Positions 59,632 through 64,000 of a DNA stretch of 64,000 bases are shown here, piece by piece. The stretch is taken from positions 24,926-88,925 of IMG/VR virus record IMGVR_UViG_3300027627_000003, one strand, 5' to 3'. The notes under the pieces were generated by a model. That model was not told the DNA's origin, ran no database searches, and saw only the letters and a list, made by a program, of their open reading frames with translations. Position numbers and translations under genes: made by a program. The DNA is from a virus. Lineage: Duplodnaviria > Caudoviricetes. Positions within the stretch are counted from its first letter, which is position 1. Every line of letters starts with the position of its first letter.

Positions 59632-59780
59632 TTCTTCTTATATCCTAATTGCCTCAATCTTTTTTCTTTAATTTTATCTCTTTCTAATATTTTAAGTCTT
59701 TTCTCTAAATTTTCAATCTTTTTTAGAAGATTTGAAATAATTTCTTCTGTCAAATTGCCTCCATATATCGAAAAAAATAA

Positions 59781-59805
59781 GGGGAGGCAGACAATCTGCC
59801 TCCCC
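59781..59805 (-). terminator. rho-independent terminator
   Basis: 11-bp stem GGGGAGGCAGA/TCTGCCTCCCC with T-run on the minus strand, after the fibre gene. Confidence 0.8.
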
Positions 59806-59833
59806 GAATAATTAGGGCAATATAATTTGGTAA

Positions 59834-61948
59834 TTAGTATTCAAATTTAAATTGTGGATCAAAAGAAATGTCACTACTGCTAAGTGCTCTACCAACAGCA
59901 TATACCTTATCTCCTTCAGAGAACGTAGTAAGCGTAGTGACCATATCGCCCGCTGCTGAATTGCTGACGTAGTACAAAGCACCAGGGGTTAAACCAGTCA
60001 TACCTGATACGATTGTTCCTAATCCAACAGCTACAACACCCGTACTACCACTACCAATCGTAAGCTCTTGAACGATACCTAGATGCCTATCCCCTAATGT
60101 TGCATCAGTAGCTACAGCTAAACCTAAGATATCAGTAGATGTAATTTTTACTACCTGACCTAAATTTACAGTTGTCCCTGCACTATTTAATAATGTGATT
60201 ATACCTGTCACAGACCAGCTCAAATCCCCTGAACCATTATTTACTAGAACAGCATTAGCACTAGCGGCTTGAGCAGCAGGAAAGCTATACGACACATCAT
60301 TTATTTTTATTAAATTGCCGTTGCCATCTACTTGAAATTTAATTGCACTTGAACCTACTGATAATAAGGCGGTCGGTATAACATTTCCGATTGCTACCCA
60401 ACCATTCTGGTCAATCATTATGCGCTGTTTAGGAGTAATCGTTGTATTGTCTGTAGTTTGAAACGCTAGTCTTGTACCTTGTGCGCTACTGGTCCACGTT
60501 TCGGTTGCTGTACCAGTAATTGAAGCGCGACTGTCTGTAGAATAAGCACCACCACTGTGATAACCCCACATTTTTAAAGCACCAAGATTGTCATTAGTCT
60601 GTACGCCTGAAGGTGCAGATTGCGTACCCCGCGCTTTACGCATATTTATCTGAGCACCGATACTTGTACTATTAATTTGATCTGATATAACGCCTCTGAC
60701 AGTAGTGATCGAAGAAACCACCCGTACACCATTAGTGGCATCAATAACTACTGATTCAGAACCTGAAATCGTAACTGACCCATGACTAGAATCTGTAGTT
60801 ATAGTTGCTGAATTGTTATATGCCGCTTGTAATGATGATGGACCTGTGGGACCTTGATCGCCTTGTGCGCCTTGTACGCCTTGGTCACCTTGCGGACCTG
60901 TATAACCAGTGTATCCGGTGTATCCGGTGTATCCGGTGTCACCTTGCAGACCTTGGTCGCCTTGAGGACCTTGATCACCTTGTGCGCCTTGTACGCCTTG
61001 ATCACCTTGTGGACCTGTATAACCAGTGTATCCGGTGTATCCGGTGTCACCTTGCAGACCTTGATCGCCTTGAGGACCTTGATCGCCTTGTACGCCTTGT
61101 ACGCCTTGGTCGCCTTGTGGACCTGTATAACCAGTGTATCCGGTGTATCCGGTGTCACCTTGCAGACCTTGGTCGCCTTGAGGACCTTGATCGCCTTGTG
61201 CGCCTTGTACGCCTTGGTCACCTTGCGGACCTGTATAACCAGTGTATCCGGTGTATCCGGTGTATCCGGTGTCACCTTGCAGACCTTGGTCGCCTTGAGG
61301 ACCTTGATCACCTTGTGCGCCTTGTACGCCTTGATCACCTTGTGGACCTGTATAACCAGTGTATCCGGTGTATCCGGTGTCACCTTGCAGACCTTGATCG
61401 CCTTGAGGACCTTGATCGCCTTGTACGCCTTGTACGCCTTGGTCGCCTTGTGGACCTGTATAACCAGTGTATCCGGTGTATCCGGTGTCACCTTGCAGAC
61501 CTTGGTCGCCTTGAGGACCTTGATCGCCTTGTGCGCCTTGTACGCCTTGGTCACCTTGCGGACCTGTATAACCAGTGTAGCCAGTGTATCCGGTGTCACC
61601 TTGCAGACCTTGGTCGCCTTGAGGACCTTGATCGCCTTGTGCGCCTTGTACGCCTTGTACGCCTTGGTCACCTTGCGGACCTGTATAACCAGTGTATCCG
61701 GTGTATCCGGTGTCACCTTGCAGACCTTGATCGCCTTGTGCGCCTTGTACGCCTTGCGGACCTGTATAACCAGTGTATCCGGTGTCGCCCGTTACACCTG
61801 CAGAAACAGCCTGCCAACCACTCAGGATATATTGTTTAAATACCCCCTCCGATGTGTTATAATAAATTGTCCCTAGTTCTGCACTCGCCGGATCAGAGGC
61901 TAGGGAGCCTATTCTGAGCGGCGAGTTTGTCTTCAATTCATTAGCCAT
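59834..61948 (-). CDS. collagen-like fibre protein
   Basis: 704 aa; ~107 uninterrupted Gly-X-Y triplets, then a domain shared with the 26561-29683 protein. Confidence 0.85.
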   Translation of the reverse strand: MANELKTNSPLRIGSLASDPASAELGTIYYNTSEGVFKQYILSGWQAVSAGVTGDTGYTGYTGPQGVQGAQGDQGLQGDTGYTGYTGYTGPQGDQGVQGVQGAQGDQGPQGDQGLQGDTGYTGYTGYTGPQGDQGVQGAQGDQGPQGDQGLQGDTGYTGYTGYTGPQGDQGVQGVQGDQGPQGDQGLQGDTGYTGYTGYTGPQGDQGVQGAQGDQGPQGDQGLQGDTGYTGYTGYTGYTGPQGDQGVQGAQGDQGPQGDQGLQGDTGYTGYTGYTGPQGDQGVQGVQGDQGPQGDQGLQGDTGYTGYTGYTGPQGDQGVQGAQGDQGPQGDQGLQGDTGYTGYTGYTGYTGPQGDQGVQGAQGDQGPTGPSSLQAAYNNSATITTDSSHGSVTISGSESVVIDATNGVRVVSSITTVRGVISDQINSTSIGAQINMRKARGTQSAPSGVQTNDNLGALKMWGYHSGGAYSTDSRASITGTATETWTSSAQGTRLAFQTTDNTTITPKQRIMIDQNGWVAIGNVIPTALLSVGSSAIKFQVDGNGNLIKINDVSYSFPAAQAASANAVLVNNGSGDLSWSVTGIITLLNSAGTTVNLGQVVKITSTDILGLAVATDATLGDRHLGIVQELTIGSGSTGVVAVGLGTIVSGMTGLTPGALYYVSNSAAGDMVTTLTTFSEGDKVYAVGRALSSSDISFDPQFKFEY
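60840..61790 (-). repeat. tandem collagen repeat, 9 units with a 333-bp higher-order duplication
   Basis: Unit GDT(GYT)2-4[10 protein letters not shown](A/V)[13 protein letters not shown]; sequence at 60901 recurs at 61234. Confidence 0.92.
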
Positions 61949-62086
61949 TTCTTTCTCCTATTTTATTTTAATATTTAATTACGGAATAAAAATTATATTG
62001 CAGGAATAGTTAATTCGCCATCGGAGGGAATTATTAATTCACTTCCTGAAGCCAATAATAATGGACCATCTATTTTTAGATAGCTT

Positions 62087-62272
62087 TTAACCTAAAGAAA
62101 CGGAATCAACATAGCTTTTTCCTGCCAATGCGTCCCAAGAGCTATCCGTAAAAAGACGAATCACATTGTCAGAATCGTTATAATAAAAAGTCCCATTCTC
62201 CGCGCTTGTCGGATCAGATGATAATGTACCAAGTCGAAACGGCGAATCGGTATTAAGAACAAATTGAGCCAT
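62087..62272 (-). pseudogene. truncated paralogue of the fibre N-terminal domain
   Basis: SP.R.G.L.SDP.SAE.GT.YYN shared with 59834-61948; C-terminal fragment LKIDGPLLLASGSELIIP.. follows in another frame. Confidence 0.6.
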
Positions 62273-62321
62273 GTTTTTCTCCTCTTATTAATTCGTTAAT
62301 TGGTAGGCTCCTTGAAGCAGT

Positions 62322-62345
62322 ATTTAATCTATATATAGATTAAAT
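62322..62345. promoter_or_regulatory. 24-bp palindrome of two back-to-back AGATTAAAT motifs between divergent genes
   Basis: ATTTAATCT-ATATAT-AGATTAAAT. Confidence 0.5.
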
Positions 62346-62437
62346 ATTACACCTACTCTTAATAAAATCTCATCAGTTAAATTCCTTATCAAATTTAGTA
62401 TTTAAAACCTAAAACTTAAGTTGAAAGTGAGGCAGTC

Positions 62438-63247
62438 ATGAGGAATTTTTTCAAAAAACTGTTTAACAAAAAACAAAAATTAAACAAGTACGGCTGGATA
62501 AAAAGTGTTCCTGAACCACGGGATAAGCTTTATTTAATAGGTAATAAAATAAAATTGCCTTCGGCAGTAGACCATAGGCAATACTGTCCACTTGTATATA
62601 ATCAAGGTGAGTTAGGTTCTTGTACAGCTAATGCCGTACTAGCTTCTGTGCAATTTGAGCAGATTAGAGGGCATATACAAACTTATATGCCCTCAAGACT
62701 TTTTCAATATTACAATTCAAGAGTATATCACCGTACTGTAAGTGAGGACTCTGGTGCGACAATCACTAACTCTCTTAAAGCTGTAGCAAAATATGGCTAC
62801 TGCTCTGAGAAAGACTGGCAGTACGATATAAAAAAGTTTACTGTTAAACCACCCACTACAATATATAAAAAAGCCGAATTAAATTCACTACCTAATGCTT
62901 TTTATGGGCGTGTTAATCAAATAGTGTATGACTTAAAACATTGTTTGTTTTCAGGTAACACGATTGTTTTTGGTTTTTGTATCTATGAATCCTTTGAATC
63001 TGAAGCTGTGGCGAAAACAGGTTTTGTTCCTATGCCCAACAAGAAAAAAGAGCTTATGTTAGGTGGTCATGCGGTGCTGCTCGTAGGTTACGATGACAAT
63101 AAGAGACATTGGATCGTTAGAAACAGTTGGGGAGAGGCTTGGGGGGATAAAGGTTACTGTTACTTTCCCTATGAATTTTTATTAGATGAAAATCTAGCCG
63201 CTGATTTCTGGTGTATTAAAACTCTAAAAGACTCTAAAGAATTGTAG
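62438..63247 (+). CDS. papain-like cysteine peptidase (C1)
   Basis: [11 protein letters not shown] (Cys), [10 protein letters not shown] (His) and RNSWG (Asn). Confidence 0.92.
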   Translation: MRNFFKKLFNKKQKLNKYGWIKSVPEPRDKLYLIGNKIKLPSAVDHRQYCPLVYNQGELGSCTANAVLASVQFEQIRGHIQTYMPSRLFQYYNSRVYHRTVSEDSGATITNSLKAVAKYGYCSEKDWQYDIKKFTVKPPTTIYKKAELNSLPNAFYGRVNQIVYDLKHCLFSGNTIVFGFCIYESFESEAVAKTGFVPMPNKKKELMLGGHAVLLVGYDDNKRHWIVRNSWGEAWGDKGYCYFPYEFLLDENLAADFWCIKTLKDSKEL

Positions 63248-63255
63248 GAGATATT

Positions 63256-63590
63256 ATGACAACTATAGGTGGGAAACTAAAAATAGAACAAGGTACGGGT
63301 TCTTATTATGTCGTTATAAAATCAATAATTCATCCTCTAATCAAACGATAACTCAAGGAACAAACGTGACGCTAAGATTAGCCGGTACTATTAGTACAGG
63401 TAACCGCACGTTATCACAGTATGGGTTAGCCACGCTTTTATGCGTGACTGGTGGAGCAAGTCCCGTATTTGTAATAAGTGGCGGAGGTTTAACGTAATGA
63501 GTATACAAGCGTTAACATTTGCTAGAACTAATATCACAGACTTTATTTATTCGGATTTTTCCTCGACATCAGGGCTTAATTTGGTATCGA
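63256..63590 (+). pseudogene. fused fragments: fibre C-terminal domain and start of a lectin-like gene
   Basis: NNSSSNQTITQGTNVTLRLAGT..GNRTL.QYGLATLLC...ISGGGLT* lacks its N-terminus; next ATG 63497 (..FIYSDFSSTSGLNLV..) breaks off into another gene. Confidence 0.55.
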
Positions 63591-63594
63591 ACGA

Positions 63595-63843
63595 ATGGAC
63601 GAGGAAGTTTATGAAGAAATGAAGAAGTCAGTAGCAAAGGTATGGGGAAAAGAGGAAATTCGTGGGCTGTATACTATCTATGCTTCGATGGATGAGCGTG
63701 GTTATGACTACTGGAAAGACAGGGAAGGTCAGTATATCCAAGTGTCCGCAGAAGTGGACTTTAAGAAATTCAGTAGTAGTGACCGTCATTATTTGCTCAC
63801 GCACATGATCGCTTCGTACATCAAACTAGAGGATCTGTTCTAG
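63595..63843 (+). CDS. hypothetical protein, possibly 5'-truncated
   Basis: 82-aa ORF without a clear RBS. Confidence 0.45.
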   Translation: MDEEVYEEMKKSVAKVWGKEEIRGLYTIYASMDERGYDYWKDREGQYIQVSAEVDFKKFSSSDRHYLLTHMIASYIKLEDLF

Positions 63844-63873
63844 ATGAATTCTATTTCTCTAGTACTCCAATTG

Positions 63874-63908
63874 AAAACATAATCCAGAAGCCGTCTGGAT
63901 TATGTTTT
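63874..63908. terminator. bidirectional terminator
   Basis: 15-bp perfect stem AAAACATAATCCAGA/TCTGGATTATGTTTT. Confidence 0.8.
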
Positions 63909-64000
63909 TACTCTTTAGTAGGAAACACTACAAAGTGTCTTGAGCACCAAACTGCAGGGCGATCTGACAGCATTATTTTTTGTGTACCTAGTTTACATAT

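Noticed and set aside
60799-61876. Long ORFs 60799-61716, 60805-61839 and 60854-61876 (also 28517-28819, 48980-49232, 50782-51368)
   Set aside because: Shadow frames of stop-free tandem repeats within real genes.
1-64000. Alternative genetic code or eukaryotic giant virus
   Set aside because: Long genes are intact in code 11 with all three stops used; Shine-Dalgarno sites, bacterial promoters, lipoboxes and TerL indicate a bacteriophage.

Overview
AT-rich, gene-dense segment of a large tailed dsDNA phage genome, standard code 11, with no host housekeeping operons. Virion and packaging genes include a terminase large subunit, a baseplate hub with a fused M15 peptidase, a spike-like protein and two collagen-containing fibre proteins. 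Replication genes include a primase, a DinG-like helicase and a ligase catalytic domain. Accessory genes include GH5, GT2/GT11, NUDIX, ClpP, Hsp20, GNAT, a C1 peptidase, a MoxR AAA+ with two vWA paralogues, and two DNA methyltransferases. Main observations: (1) a stand-alone 907-aa reverse-transcriptase-family polymerase with a ~500-aa N-terminal extension and a CGDD active site, fitting no retron, DGR or intron context; (2) at least 10 near-consensus sigma-28/FliA-type promoters (TAAAGTTT-N11-GCCGATAA) in front of accessory genes, suggesting a phage wired to the host FliA regulon, possibly of a Bdellovibrionota-like predator; (3) a shared N-terminal leader M-x-F-x-[QNK]-K-[IV]-x-[ASN] on unrelated proteins, a possible capsid-targeting signal; (4) an exact 38-bp inversion of an RBS plus start codon between two direct repeats flanking a methylase; (5) IS200/IS605 remnants whose empty sites can be rebuilt; (6) many internal-deletion junctions and two apparent 1-nt homopolymer losses, which may be biology or assembly artefact. 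All family calls come from motif recognition by eye; no database searches were run.
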